Source: Pseudomonadales bacterium | Lineage (GTDB): Bacteria; Pseudomonadota; Gammaproteobacteria; Pseudomonadales; Azotimanducaceae | Assembly: GCA_047518105.1 (NCBI GenBank) | Contig: JAKZRQ010000134.1 | Span: forward strand, 1 to 61,784 | Direction of reading: 5' to 3' | Length of the DNA: 61,784 bases | In this document: one piece after another, positions 7,836-17,281 of the stretch | Layout of the letters: each line of letters opens with the position of its first letter | Position numbering within the stretch: the stretch's first letter is position 1 | The notes under the pieces: generated by a model | Database searches by the model: none | Told to the model about the DNA's origin: nothing | The model's input: the letters and a program-made list of their open reading frames with translations, nothing else | Program-made: the position numbers and the translations under genes

Positions 7836-8315
7836 CTACGCTTCGTAGGCCAGCGTCTCGGCCGCGTCCTGGACGGCGCGGACGATCTTGTCGTAGCCGG
7901 TGCAGCGGCACAGGTTGCCCGCGAGCCAGTAACGGATGGTGGTCTCGTCGGGGTTGGGGTTCTTGTCCAGCAACGCCTTGGTGGCGACGATGAAACCCGG
8001 TGTGCAGATGCCGCATTGCAGTGCCGCGTGTTCCAGGTACTTTTTCTGGATGACGTGCAGGCCGTCGGGGCTCGCGATGCCCTCGATGGTGGTCAACGCC
8101 ACCCCGTCGGCCTCGACGCCGAGCATCAGGCAGGAGCAGACCAGGCGACCATCGACCAGCACCGAACAGGCGCCGCAGTCGCCCGTGGCGCAGCCTTCCT
8201 TGGTGCCGGTGAGGCCGAGTTCGTCGCGAAGTACTTCCAGCAGTGACTGGTACGGCTCGCAGAGGAATTCCACCTCGTCCCCGTTGATCGTGGTGGACAC
8301 ATGTTGTTTGCTCAT
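7836..8315 (-). CDS. (2Fe-2S)-binding small subunit of the Mo-hydroxylase
   Basis: Reads [17 protein letters not shown]...[12 protein letters not shown]...CGICTPGF...[14 protein letters not shown] lies ~10 nt upstream of ATG 8313-8315. Confidence 0.9.
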   Translation of the reverse strand: MSKQHVSTTINGDEVEFLCEPYQSLLEVLRDELGLTGTKEGCATGDCGACSVLVDGRLVCSCLMLGVEADGVALTTIEGIASPDGLHVIQKKYLEHAALQCGICTPGFIVATKALLDKNPNPDETTIRYWLAGNLCRCTGYDKIVRAVQDAAETLAYEA

Positions 8316-8358
8316 CTTCGTTCCAATCTCCTTGTGAGCCGTGCTCAAAACAGCCGCC

Positions 8359-8424
8359 AGTGCGCCAAGGCGCCGAGTCCGCTGAAGCGCGAGTGCGCCA
8401 AGGCGCCAAGTGCGCTAAAGCGCG
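8359..8424. repeat. 33-bp tandem duplication at the FAD-subunit / 2Fe-2S-subunit junction
   Basis: agtgcgccaaggcgccgagtccgctgaagcgcg is followed by agtgcgccaaggcgccaagtgcgctaaagcgcg. The second unit contains the stop codon of the FAD-subunit gene. Confidence 0.8.
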
Positions 8425-9293
8425 AGCGCACGGTCGCGGGCGATCGCGGCGGCCCGCTTGGTGAGCACGCCGACCACCTTCCTGCGGTATTCGACGGTGC
8501 CGCGCTTGTCGGTAATGGGTTTCGCCATCGCGCTCGACGCGTCCGCCGCGGCGGCCAAGGCCGCGTCGTCCACCTTGGTACCGACGAGCGCCGCCGCTGC
8601 ATCGGGTACGATCAGGGCGGTGATGGCGACCGCGCCGATGCACACCTTGGCGGCGGTGCAGATGCCGGATTCGTCCAGCGTCAGCGAGACGCCGGCGCCG
8701 CAGACGGCGATATCCATCTCGGTGCGTGGAATGAAACGCAGATAGGCGTCCCGGGTACGGCCCTTGGGACGCGGAATCCTGAGGCCCACCAGGAACTCCG
8801 TGGGCTCGAGAATGTTGGTGCCGACCCCGGTGACGAATTCCTCCGTGGATACTTCCCTGTTGCCGCCCGGCGAAGCGACGACGCAAACGGCGCCGCAAGC
8901 GATGAGAGCCGGAATGGTGTCGCCGGCGGGGGACGAGTTGCACAGGTTGCCGCCGATGGTGGCGCGACCCTGAATCTGGGTGGAGCCGATCAGGTCGGCC
9001 GCCTCGATGAGGCCCGGCAGGATGCTCTTCAACTCGTCGTTCTCGTTCAGCACCGCGGACGCGATCGCCGCCCCGATGAACACTTCGTCGGCGCCAATGC
9101 GCAACGCGTTGGCCTCCGCCACGTGTTTGACGTCAACGAACGTACGCGGTCCCTTGTCGGTCGACCGCATCTGCACCATGACATCGGTGCCGCCGGCCAG
9201 AATCTGCGTGCGATTGCCCGCGGACGTCTCGTGCGCGAGCGTGGCCAGTGCTTCGTCGACAGTCGTCGGTGCTTTGTAGGCGAATGCCCCCAT
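8415..9293 (-). CDS. FAD-binding medium subunit of the Mo-hydroxylase
   Basis: Reads MGAFAYKAPTTVDEALATLA...ILAGGTDVMVQM...GSTQIQGRATIGGNLCNSSPAGD. SD GGAG lies upstream. Confidence 0.9.
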   Translation of the reverse strand: MGAFAYKAPTTVDEALATLAHETSAGNRTQILAGGTDVMVQMRSTDKGPRTFVDVKHVAEANALRIGADEVFIGAAIASAVLNENDELKSILPGLIEAADLIGSTQIQGRATIGGNLCNSSPAGDTIPALIACGAVCVVASPGGNREVSTEEFVTGVGTNILEPTEFLVGLRIPRPKGRTRDAYLRFIPRTEMDIAVCGAGVSLTLDESGICTAAKVCIGAVAITALIVPDAAAALVGTKVDDAALAAAADASSAMAKPITDKRGTVEYRRKVVGVLTKRAAAIARDRALAL

Positions 9294-9415
9294 GGTTTCT
9301 CCCTTCCTGGTGAGCGAAGCGCCTATGTATATCAGAAAGGCGAAACCGATTCACGACGCAATCGCCGTGCCAAATTCCTACAATGGCGCCCCAACCCATC
9401 GGCTTGGATTGCTCA

Positions 9416-10756
9416 ATGACCAGCCCCCCTTTCGACAACGAGGCCTATCTCGCGCACATCGCTGCGATGCAGCAGCAATGGGAAGGCGCCCTCGCCGCCA
9501 ACGGTCATGGCGCGGCCGTGGTGCCCGCCGGGGCGGCGCAGCTGTACTTCCAGGACGACCAGGCGCCGCCGTTCCACCCGAATCCCCACTTCGCGCGCTT
9601 CTACCCCGACGACAACTGCGAGCACAGCGTGCTCCTGGTGCGGCCGGCCGACAGGCCCAAGCTCTACTTCCATCGCGAAGCCAGCTTTTGGTACCAGCCG
9701 CCGGCGCTGCCGGACTGGGCCGAAGCGGTGTTCGAGATCGAGGTGCATCACGACAACGACGAGCTGATGAAATCTCTCGTCCATGACCTGTCGGCGTTCA
9801 ACCGCGTTGCTCTCGTCGGGCCTGCGGAGTCCTACGATCTGAACCTGCCGTTGGCGGCGGTGAACCCGAAGACGCTGGTCAGCCGGCTGCAATTCGTTCG
9901 TGCCGCCAAAACACCGTTCGAAATTGCCCGGATGCGCGAGGCGACCGAGACCGGGGTGCGCGGTCACTTGGCCGCAAGGGATGCCTTCTACGGGGGCGGC
10001 AGCGAGTTCGACATCCACATGGCCTACTTGGCCGCAAGCGCTCAACAGGAGAGCAAGCTGCCGTACCAGAACATCATCGCGCTGAACGAGCACGCCGGCA
10101 TTCTTCACTACCAGCACTACGACCGGACCCGGCCCTCGGCAGGGACGAAGAGCCTCCTGATCGACGCCGGAGGGCGCTCCGGCGGCTACCACTCGGACAT
10201 CACGCGCACCTACAGCGCAGACCCGGGCGATGCATTCGACGAACTGATCGCCGCCTTGGACGAGAAGCAGCGCAGAGCCATCGATCTGGTACGCCCCGGT
10301 CTTCTCTACACCGAGTTGCACACCTGGATGCACCGCGAGGTGGCCGAGTTGCTGGTGCGCTTCGATCTGATTCGGTGCAGTGCCGAGAGCGCTTTCGACC
10401 GGGAAATGACCGACAAGTTCTTCCCCCATGGACTCGGCCATCTCATCGGCCTGCAGACCCACGACGTCGGCGGCCAGTTCACCACCGAGGATGGCGATGA
10501 AGGCGAACCGCCGGAACGGTTTCCCAAGCTTCGTTTCACCCGGTCGCTCGAAGCCGGCCACGTGTTCACCGTGGAACCGGGGATCTACTTCATCCCTGCC
10601 CTGCTTGAAGGACTAGCGGACGACGATTCCGGCCGGGACGTGAATTGGGCTCGGGTGGATGAATTGCGACCCTGTGGCGGCATCCGCATCGAGGACAACG
10701 TGGTGGTGACCGACATCGGTGCGGAAAACCTCACCCGAACGGTGTTCGACCACTAG
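9416..10756 (+). CDS. pepQ: Xaa-Pro dipeptidase
   Basis: M24B motifs HGLGHLIGLQTHDVGG, VFTVEPGIYF and GGIRIEDNVVV. The N-terminus resembles PepQ. The alternative ATG at 9383 is less likely. Confidence 0.85.
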   Translation: MTSPPFDNEAYLAHIAAMQQQWEGALAANGHGAAVVPAGAAQLYFQDDQAPPFHPNPHFARFYPDDNCEHSVLLVRPADRPKLYFHREASFWYQPPALPDWAEAVFEIEVHHDNDELMKSLVHDLSAFNRVALVGPAESYDLNLPLAAVNPKTLVSRLQFVRAAKTPFEIARMREATETGVRGHLAARDAFYGGGSEFDIHMAYLAASAQQESKLPYQNIIALNEHAGILHYQHYDRTRPSAGTKSLLIDAGGRSGGYHSDITRTYSADPGDAFDELIAALDEKQRRAIDLVRPGLLYTELHTWMHREVAELLVRFDLIRCSAESAFDREMTDKFFPHGLGHLIGLQTHDVGGQFTTEDGDEGEPPERFPKLRFTRSLEAGHVFTVEPGIYFIPALLEGLADDDSGRDVNWARVDELRPCGGIRIEDNVVVTDIGAENLTRTVFDH

Positions 10757-10885
10757 GCATTTGCGGTTCCCGCGCCGACCTCCTCGACGACGGGTCGATT
10801 TCCGCCAGTCCGTGGAGCCAATGTCGCACACGCCCTGCGCCAGACTTGTGTTCTCCTAGGGGTTTCCGGGCGGGAAGCCCATCCC

Positions 10886-11242
10886 ATGGACATTGAAGGC
10901 GAAACCGGTACGCAACGGCTGCTCTCGGTGGCGTTCGAAGACCCCGGCGTCCTGCAAGCGGCCTATATGCCATTCATCCAGAACGGCGGGCTGTTCATTC
11001 CGACGACGCGATCCTTCGTACTCGGCGACGAGGTGTTCGTGCTGCTGCGCTTGGCGGACGATGCCGCCAGCATTCCCGTCGCGGGCAAAGTCGTCTGGAT
11101 CACGCCCCAGCAAGCCCAGGGCGGAAAGGAGGCTGGCATCGGCATCCAGTTCAACGACCATGACGACGTCGCGCGAGGGCGCATCGAGGCCACCCTGGCC
11201 GGACTTGCGCCCGCCGGCGGACAAGCCGGCTACACCATGTGA
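10886..11242 (+). CDS. pilZ: PilZ domain protein (type IV pilus PilZ-like)
   Basis: 118 aa. Reads LLSVAFEDPGVLQAAYMPFIQNGGLFIPT...DEVFVLL...VAGKVVWITP...GIGIQF, typical of the PilZ found next to holB. Confidence 0.75.
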   Translation: MDIEGETGTQRLLSVAFEDPGVLQAAYMPFIQNGGLFIPTTRSFVLGDEVFVLLRLADDAASIPVAGKVVWITPQQAQGGKEAGIGIQFNDHDDVARGRIEATLAGLAPAGGQAGYTM

Positions 11243-11276
11243 TCCGGGCCCCATTCACGCGGGCTCGCAGTCGGCG

Positions 11277-12173
11277 TCAAGGCGAGGTCGAGGCCGGTGG
11301 TTGCATCGGCAGGCGTTGCCAAAGATCCGCCCAGAGGAGCGCCAGTCGATGAAGCTGCATCGAACGGTTCAGGCCGGTGTTGAGCAACGCCGCTTGCCGG
11401 GTCCTCAGCAGTTCGTCGACGAAGGGCAACGCCAGCGCGGCGCTCGTCACCGGCCACTGCCGCACCAGCCAATGCGCGATGCGCAGCCATCGGTCCACGA
11501 CATCCGCCAATTTCTCTTCCCGGTTGACCAGGGCCACCTCGCCAGCGGCGGCAGGTGTTCGCGCCACCTTCGCCAAAACCGGCCATAGGGGTGCCTGACC
11601 CCCCTCGGCCGCGGCGAGAATTGCGAACGGTGCGCCGCCATGCTCCATCGCCAGGGGCTCGATGAGATCTTCGGCAACGCCGGCTTCGAGGAGCCAAGCG
11701 TGCACCGTTCTACCATCGCCGCGCTGCACTTCGAGGCGCTGGCAGCGGCTGCGGACCGTGGCGGGCAAGCGCTCGGCCGCACCGGTCGACAACGCGATGA
11801 AGCTCTCCGGGGGTGGTTCCTCCAAGGACTTCAGGAGCGCATTGGCCGCGTTGACGTTCATTCGGTCCGCGTCTTCGATCACCGCGATCTTCCGACCGGC
11901 AACCAGGGGGGTCTGAACCAGGAAGTCGACGATGGCGCGGATGTCGTCCACCTTGATCATGCCGCCTTCGGGTGAGAGCCAGCGCAGATCCGGGTGGGCG
12001 ACGTCGCGGGCTTCACGGCCAGGCGCCAGGCGCATGAGGTCTACCGCGAGGGCATTGGCGACGCGTTCTTCGCCCCAGCCGCCCGGACCGTGGATCATAA
12101 GCGCATGGGGAAGGCGCTCGCCGAGTCCACGAATGGTCTCCAGCGCCGGGACGAGCCAGGCGGGCTCCTTCAC
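11277..12173 (-). CDS. holB: DNA polymerase III delta' subunit
   Basis: HALMIHGPGGWGEE P-loop-like region, KSLEEPP and RSRCQ motifs. GTG start overlaps the tmk stop (GTGA). Confidence 0.85.
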   Translation of the reverse strand: MKEPAWLVPALETIRGLGERLPHALMIHGPGGWGEERVANALAVDLMRLAPGREARDVAHPDLRWLSPEGGMIKVDDIRAIVDFLVQTPLVAGRKIAVIEDADRMNVNAANALLKSLEEPPPESFIALSTGAAERLPATVRSRCQRLEVQRGDGRTVHAWLLEAGVAEDLIEPLAMEHGGAPFAILAAAEGGQAPLWPVLAKVARTPAAAGEVALVNREEKLADVVDRWLRIAHWLVRQWPVTSAALALPFVDELLRTRQAALLNTGLNRSMQLHRLALLWADLWQRLPMQPPASTSP

Positions 12174-12802
12174 GTCGAATCCAGGAAGCGCGTCAGGGCC
12201 ACGGCGATGTCCTGTTGAACCTTGGCCAGTTCCCTACTGGCGTCGATCCTGACGATGCGGGATTGTTCATTGGCGCGGCGCAGGTAGGCGGCACGTACCC
12301 GCTCGAAGAAGGCACGGCGCTCGCGCTCGAAGCGATCCAGGCCACGGTCGGCGATCCGCGCCATGGCATCGTCCACTGGGGCGTCGAGATAGAGCGTGAG
12401 ATCGGGCCAGCAGTGGCCGTGGACCATGGCCGCGAGGCGTTCGACCGCCTCCCCGGCGACGCCGCGTCCGCCGACCTGGTAGGCAAAGGTCGAGTCCGTG
12501 AAGCGTTCGCACAGCACCCAGCGGCCGGCGCGGAGGCTGGGTTCGATCACCCTGGCGAAATGCTGGGCGCGGGCGGCGAAGACCAGGAGCGTCTCGGCGA
12601 GCGGGTCCACGGCTTCGTCCCGCTCCATCAGCAGGACGGAGCGGATCTCCTCCGCCAGCGGAGTCCCGCCCGGTTCCCGGGTGGCCACAACGTCGTGGCC
12701 GCAGCTCCGGAGGGTGGCCAGGACGAAGTCGACGTTCGTGCTCTTGCCCGCCCCTTCGCCGCCTTCGATGGTGATGAAACGACCTCGCGACACGCGCATC
12801 AC
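12170..12802 (-). CDS. tmk: thymidylate kinase
   Basis: Reads FITIEGGEGAGKST...TREPGGTPLAEEIR. Confidence 0.9.
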   Translation of the reverse strand: MMRVSRGRFITIEGGEGAGKSTNVDFVLATLRSCGHDVVATREPGGTPLAEEIRSVLLMERDEAVDPLAETLLVFAARAQHFARVIEPSLRAGRWVLCERFTDSTFAYQVGGRGVAGEAVERLAAMVHGHCWPDLTLYLDAPVDDAMARIADRGLDRFERERRAFFERVRAAYLRRANEQSRIVRIDASRELAKVQQDIAVALTRFLDST

Positions 12803-13818
12803 CTCCGCTGGTAAGTTCGCACGGCTTCGTTGTGGTCGTCGAGCGTGTCGGAGAACTGGCTTGTCCCGTCGCCCCGCGAGACGAAGTAGAGGGCCGTGCC
12901 GTCCTCGGGATGCAGGGCCGCTTCGATGGAGGCGCGTCCAGGCAAGGCGATGGGTGTCGGCGGCAGGCCGGACCGCCGATAGGTGTTGTACGGGCCGTCG
13001 GTCTCCAACTGCACCTTGGTCAGGTTGCCGTCATAGGCGCTGCCGAGACCGTAGATGACCGTCGGATCGGACTGCAAGCGCATCGGTTTGCCGAGACGCC
13101 GGGCGAATACGCCCGCGATCCGTCGCCGATCGGCGGCAACAGCGGTTTCCTTCTCGACGATCGAGGCCAAGATCAACGCATCGTAGGGATCCGCCACAGG
13201 GGCGTCGGGGGCGCGTGCCTGCCAGGCCTTGGCCAGAACCGCATTCATCTTCCGATTGGCCCGGGCAAGTAGTGCCGAGGCGCCGTGCCCGCGCTTGAAC
13301 CGGTATGTATCGGGGAAGAACTGTCCCTCCGGATAGTCTGCGGGCAAGCCGAGATGGACCATGAGGTCTTCAAACGCAACGCCTGCCAGATCGAAATCGA
13401 TCCGGTCGTCGGCCGCTAGGCGCTCGAACACGGTACGGGCCGTGCTTCCCTCCACGATCAGGAAGCGGTGCACGACCACGTCGCCTCCGGTCAGCCGGTC
13501 AAGCAAGCCGTCCGCGGTCTCCCCTGGAAGCACGCGGTACTCGCCGCTTTGCACCGATCCGTGCAGGCCGCGCTGGCCCGCGCGCAGCGAAAACCGCCAA
13601 GGCGCGACGATGCCTTTCTCGTGAAGGGTGCTGGCCACATCCGTGAACGTCTCCGACGGCTGGACGACAAACACGGTCTCCTCGAACACCGGCAGTTCCC
13701 GCGCCGACCAGTGGTCCAGGTAGATGTGGAATCCGACCAGAAACGCGATGCCGAGCATGATCACGGCGACCGGAATCAGCAATAGCCGTTGGTTCACTTG
13801 GGTAGACTCCTTGAGCAA
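12799..13818 (-). CDS. mltG: endolytic murein transglycosylase (YceG family)
   Basis: N-terminal TM helix. YceG-like C-terminus LASIVEKET...DPTVIYG...YNTY....LPPTPI. Position between fabF and tmk fits. Confidence 0.85.
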   Translation of the reverse strand: MLKESTQVNQRLLLIPVAVIMLGIAFLVGFHIYLDHWSARELPVFEETVFVVQPSETFTDVASTLHEKGIVAPWRFSLRAGQRGLHGSVQSGEYRVLPGETADGLLDRLTGGDVVVHRFLIVEGSTARTVFERLAADDRIDFDLAGVAFEDLMVHLGLPADYPEGQFFPDTYRFKRGHGASALLARANRKMNAVLAKAWQARAPDAPVADPYDALILASIVEKETAVAADRRRIAGVFARRLGKPMRLQSDPTVIYGLGSAYDGNLTKVQLETDGPYNTYRRSGLPPTPIALPGRASIEAALHPEDGTALYFVSRGDGTSQFSDTLDDHNEAVRTYQRR

Positions 13819-13873
13819 CGAGGATGTCTACGAAGAGGCAATTGCAACGTTCCGTTGAAACCGGAGGCGGAGT

Positions 13874-15106
13874 TCACACTTCCGCGAAAATCAACGTTCC
13901 GTTGGTGCCGCCGAAGCCGAACGAGTTGGACAATGCCGCGTGGATAGGCATCTGCCGCGGTTCGTGCGGCACGTAGTCCAGGTCGCATTCGGGATCCGGG
14001 TTGTCGAGGTTGATGGTCGGCGGCGCGACGTTCCTCGCCACGGCGAGGACGGCGTAGATACCCTCAACGGCACCTGCAGCGCCAAGGAGATGACCGACCA
14101 TCGATTTGGTGGAGCTGATCGCCACGTCGGGAGCATCGCCGAACACCGCCTTGATCGACAGGGTCTCCGCAATGTCTCCTTGGGGCGTCGATGTGCCGTG
14201 GGCATTGATGTAGTCGATGTCCCCGGGTTCCATGCCAGCGTCCGTCATCGCATTGCGCATGGACGCCACCGCACCGTGACCGTCGTCGGGCGGACTGGTG
14301 ATGTGGAACGCATCCGCGCTCATTCCGAAGCCCACGACTTCGCAATAGATACGTGCGCCGCGCGCCCGTGCATGCTCGTATTCTTCGAGTACGAGAACGC
14401 CGGCGCCGTCGCCGAGGACGAAGCCGTCCCGATCGCGGTCCCACGGCCGGCTCGCGCGCTCGGGATCGTCATTGCGCGTGGACAGCGCCTTCATGGAGGC
14501 GAATCCAGCCAGCGTCACGGGTGATGTGGCCTGCTCGGCGCCACCGGCGACCATGACGTCGGCTTCGCCGTGCTGGATCATGCGCATGCCGAAGCCGATG
14601 TTGTGCGTACCGGTGGCACAGGCCGTGACCACCGCGATGTTCGGTCCCCGGAAGCCGAACTGGATGGAGAGCTTGCCGGAAATCATGTTGATGATGCTCG
14701 ACGGCACAAAGAAGGGAGACACGCGCCCTGGACCGCGGTCGAGACAAGTCGAATGGGTCGCCTCGATGGTGTTGATGCCGCCGATTCCGGAGCCGATGGC
14801 GACCCCCACGCGGTTCCCGTCCACTGCGCCTTCGAGTCGGGCATCGCGCACGGCCTGGATGCCGGCGATCAGGCCGTACTGGATGAAGGAATCGAGGCGG
14901 CGGGCCTCCTTGCGTTCGAGGTAGTTCTCCACCGCAAGATTCCTGACGCCCGCGCCAATCTTGACGCTATGGTAGGTGGTGTCGAAGTCGGTGATTGCGC
15001 GCGCGCCGCTCATCCCCGCCAAGGCGTTGTTCCAGCCTTCCTCGACGGTGTTGCCGATGGGCGACAACATGCCGAGCCCGGTTATCACAACTCGTCGCCT
15101 TGCCAT
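13874..15106 (-). CDS. fabF: beta-ketoacyl-ACP synthase II
   Basis: Reads MARRRVVITGLGMLSPIGN...ACATG...HGTSTP.GD...GHLLGAAG. ATG at 15104-15106. Confidence 0.95.
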   Translation of the reverse strand: MARRRVVITGLGMLSPIGNTVEEGWNNALAGMSGARAITDFDTTYHSVKIGAGVRNLAVENYLERKEARRLDSFIQYGLIAGIQAVRDARLEGAVDGNRVGVAIGSGIGGINTIEATHSTCLDRGPGRVSPFFVPSSIINMISGKLSIQFGFRGPNIAVVTACATGTHNIGFGMRMIQHGEADVMVAGGAEQATSPVTLAGFASMKALSTRNDDPERASRPWDRDRDGFVLGDGAGVLVLEEYEHARARGARIYCEVVGFGMSADAFHITSPPDDGHGAVASMRNAMTDAGMEPGDIDYINAHGTSTPQGDIAETLSIKAVFGDAPDVAISSTKSMVGHLLGAAGAVEGIYAVLAVARNVAPPTINLDNPDPECDLDYVPHEPRQMPIHAALSNSFGFGGTNGTLIFAEV

Positions 15107-15151
15107 AGGATGCGGGTGCCCGTCGCGGGCGGGTTGCAAGCGCCGACAGGC

Positions 15152-15385
15152 TTACTGATGGGCCAGAATGTAGTCGATGGCTTCCTTGACGGTGGTGATG
15201 TTCTCGGCTTCCTCGTCGGGAATCTCGGTCTCGAACTCCTCCTCCAGCGCCATCACGAGTTCCACCGTATCCAACGAATCCGCCCCTAGATCGTCGACGA
15301 AAGATGACTCGTCCTTCACCTCCTCCTCCTTGACCCCCAGCTGCTCGCAGATGAGTCGTTTGACTCGCTCGTCGACACTGCTCAT
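15152..15385 (-). CDS. acpP: acyl carrier protein
   Basis: 77 aa with [19 protein letters not shown]. Confidence 0.95.
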   Translation of the reverse strand: MSSVDERVKRLICEQLGVKEEEVKDESSFVDDLGADSLDTVELVMALEEEFETEIPDEEAENITTVKEAIDYILAHQ

Positions 15386-15583
15386 GGTTCGAGACTCCTT
15401 TTCAAGTACTCACGTATGCTCATGCCTGCCCATCCGGACGAAATCGTGGAGCGCCCGCGTAACGGCGGATGCGTTCAATACGTGGGCACTGCCACCCGTC
15501 CAAGGGCGCCCACCGTGTGGGCGCGTAAGTGTACCGCTTTTGTAGGGGGCTAACACTGCCGACGCGAAATTAGTATCGATCCG

Positions 15584-16318
15584 CTACGCAAAATGCAGTC
15601 CGCCGTTGACGTGCAGCGTCTCGCCGGTGATGTAGCCCGCCGCGTCGCTTACCAGGAAGGATACCGCATGGGCCACGTCTTCGATCGTACCCATGCGGCC
15701 TAGGGCCGTACGCTCGACCATGCCTTGTCTTTGGGCGTCGGAAAGTTCGCGTGTCATGTCGGTATCCACGAACCCCGGCGCCACCGCGTTGACCGTGATC
15801 CCGCGACTGCCGACCTCTTGCGCAAGCGAACGGGTGAAGGCTTCGACGCCTGCCTTGGTGGCCGCGTAGTTGGCCTGCCCGGCATTGCCCATGCGCGCCA
15901 CGACCGAGCTCAGGTTGACGATCCGTCCCCAGCGCGCGCGCATCATGCCCCTGAGCAGCGGCCGGCTGAGGCGGTATACGCCTGTTAGGTTGGTATCCAG
16001 GACTTCCGACCATTGCGCCGGGGTCATGCGTATCAGAAGGTTGTCCCGGGTGACGCCCGCGTTGTTGACGAGCACCAGCGGCGTGCCGAATCGCGCCTCT
16101 ACGTCCTTCAGGCCGATCGCGACGGCGTCGTCGTCGATTCGGAGCACAACGCCGGCGCCGTCGGTTCCGAGGTATCGAGCAACCGCATCGGCGCCTTCGC
16201 TGGTCGTCGCCGTGCCGACCACGAACAGGCCATCGGCCGCAAGCCGCGCGGCGATTCCCTTGCCGATGCCCCGGCTCGCGCCGGTAACCAAGGCGATCCT
16301 GCGTTCGCCGGCCGTCAT
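15584..16318 (-). CDS. fabG: 3-oxoacyl-ACP reductase
   Basis: Reads MTAGERRIALVTGASRGIGKGIA...NAGVTRD...YAATKAG. ATG overlaps the fabD stop (ATGA). Confidence 0.9.
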   Translation of the reverse strand: MTAGERRIALVTGASRGIGKGIAARLAADGLFVVGTATTSEGADAVARYLGTDGAGVVLRIDDDAVAIGLKDVEARFGTPLVLVNNAGVTRDNLLIRMTPAQWSEVLDTNLTGVYRLSRPLLRGMMRARWGRIVNLSSVVARMGNAGQANYAATKAGVEAFTRSLAQEVGSRGITVNAVAPGFVDTDMTRELSDAQRQGMVERTALGRMGTIEDVAHAVSFLVSDAAGYITGETLHVNGGLHFA

Positions 16319-17241
16319 GCTTGGACGTCCAACGCCGCGGCCAAGCGGTGGACGTTGTCGATCGGGGCCATGGCAAGTGATCGATCGATGCGCCGCGCCA
16401 GCCCGGAGAGCACGTTCCCCGGGCCGCATTCGATGAAGTTCCGAACGCCTGCTGCGGCCATTGCCTGTACGGATTCGGACCACCGGACCGGCGACACCAA
16501 TTGGCGCACGAGGTTGGCTCGAACGGTTGCGGCATCCCTGGCCGCCTCGGCGGTGACGTTCTGAACCACGGGCACGGCGGGGTCGCACAGTTCGATGGCG
16601 TCGAGCAGTTCCGCCAACGGTTCGGCCGCCGGCGACATGAGCGAACAATGGGAGGGTACGCTGACATCCAGAACCACGGCGCGACGGGCGCCCGCAGCCT
16701 GGCAAGCGGCGATGGCCGCATCGACGGCGGCTCGGGATCCGGCAACGACGACCTGGCCGGGCGAGTTGTAGTTGGCTGGCGTCACGGTGCCGTCGATGCC
16801 GGCGCAACATCGCTCCACGACTGCATCATCAAGCCCCAGGATGGCCGCCATCGCCCCTGCTCCGGAGGGGACCGCAGCTTGCATCAGCCGACCCCGCTCA
16901 TGGACCAGGCGCGTCGCGTTGGCGAATTCCAGGACGCCGGCGACAACCAACGCCGAGTACTCGCCCAGGCTGTGGCCGGCGACTACGGCGGGAGCAGCGC
17001 CCCCACGCTTCTTCCAGACGTCGTGCAGCGCCACCGAGACGGTCAGCATCGCGGGCTGGGTGATCGCGGTCTGGTTGAGCCGTTCGGGCGGACCCTCGCG
17101 AATCACCTTGCCGAGATCGAAGCCCACGGCCGCCGAGGCTTCCTCGAAACGCACCCCGACGAGGGGCTCCTGCGCGGCAATGTCCGCGATCATGCCGACC
17201 TGTTGCGCGCCCTGGCCGGGAAAGACGAATCCCAAGCTCAT
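16315..17241 (-). CDS. fabD: malonyl CoA-ACP transacylase
   Basis: Reads MSLGFVFPGQGAQQVGM...GHSLGEYSALV. Confidence 0.9.
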   Translation of the reverse strand: MSLGFVFPGQGAQQVGMIADIAAQEPLVGVRFEEASAAVGFDLGKVIREGPPERLNQTAITQPAMLTVSVALHDVWKKRGGAAPAVVAGHSLGEYSALVVAGVLEFANATRLVHERGRLMQAAVPSGAGAMAAILGLDDAVVERCCAGIDGTVTPANYNSPGQVVVAGSRAAVDAAIAACQAAGARRAVVLDVSVPSHCSLMSPAAEPLAELLDAIELCDPAVPVVQNVTAEAARDAATVRANLVRQLVSPVRWSESVQAMAAAGVRNFIECGPGNVLSGLARRIDRSLAMAPIDNVHRLAAALDVQA

Positions 17242-17281
17242 TGGTCCCCCAATACGGTCTGTGTCTGTTGCAACCATGCCG

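Noticed and set aside
5701-7848. Long ORFs antisense or out of frame to real genes (for example 5701..7848, 29960..31438, 31273..32826, 38984..40384, 46874..48289, 9413..10561)
   Set aside because: These are typical GC-rich shadow ORFs. They have extreme Arg/Gly/Pro/Ala composition, no recognisable motifs, and each fully overlaps a gene with clear family signatures.
5542-8943. Single 1133-aa ORF that would make a giant Mo-hydroxylase protein
   Set aside because: Only the last 743 codons look like the large subunit, and GTG 7773 has a good SD. The N-terminal 390 codons are Arg/Gly/His-rich nonsense. They come from reading through the 2Fe-2S and FAD subunit genes in the wrong frame.
5542-9293. 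Calling the operon carbon monoxide dehydrogenase (coxMSL)
   Set aside because: The active-site loop reads CAYRAPGAP. It does not match the form I VAYRCSFR or form II AYRGAGR signatures as I remember them. I therefore kept the generic call of xanthine dehydrogenase/aldehyde oxidoreductase family.
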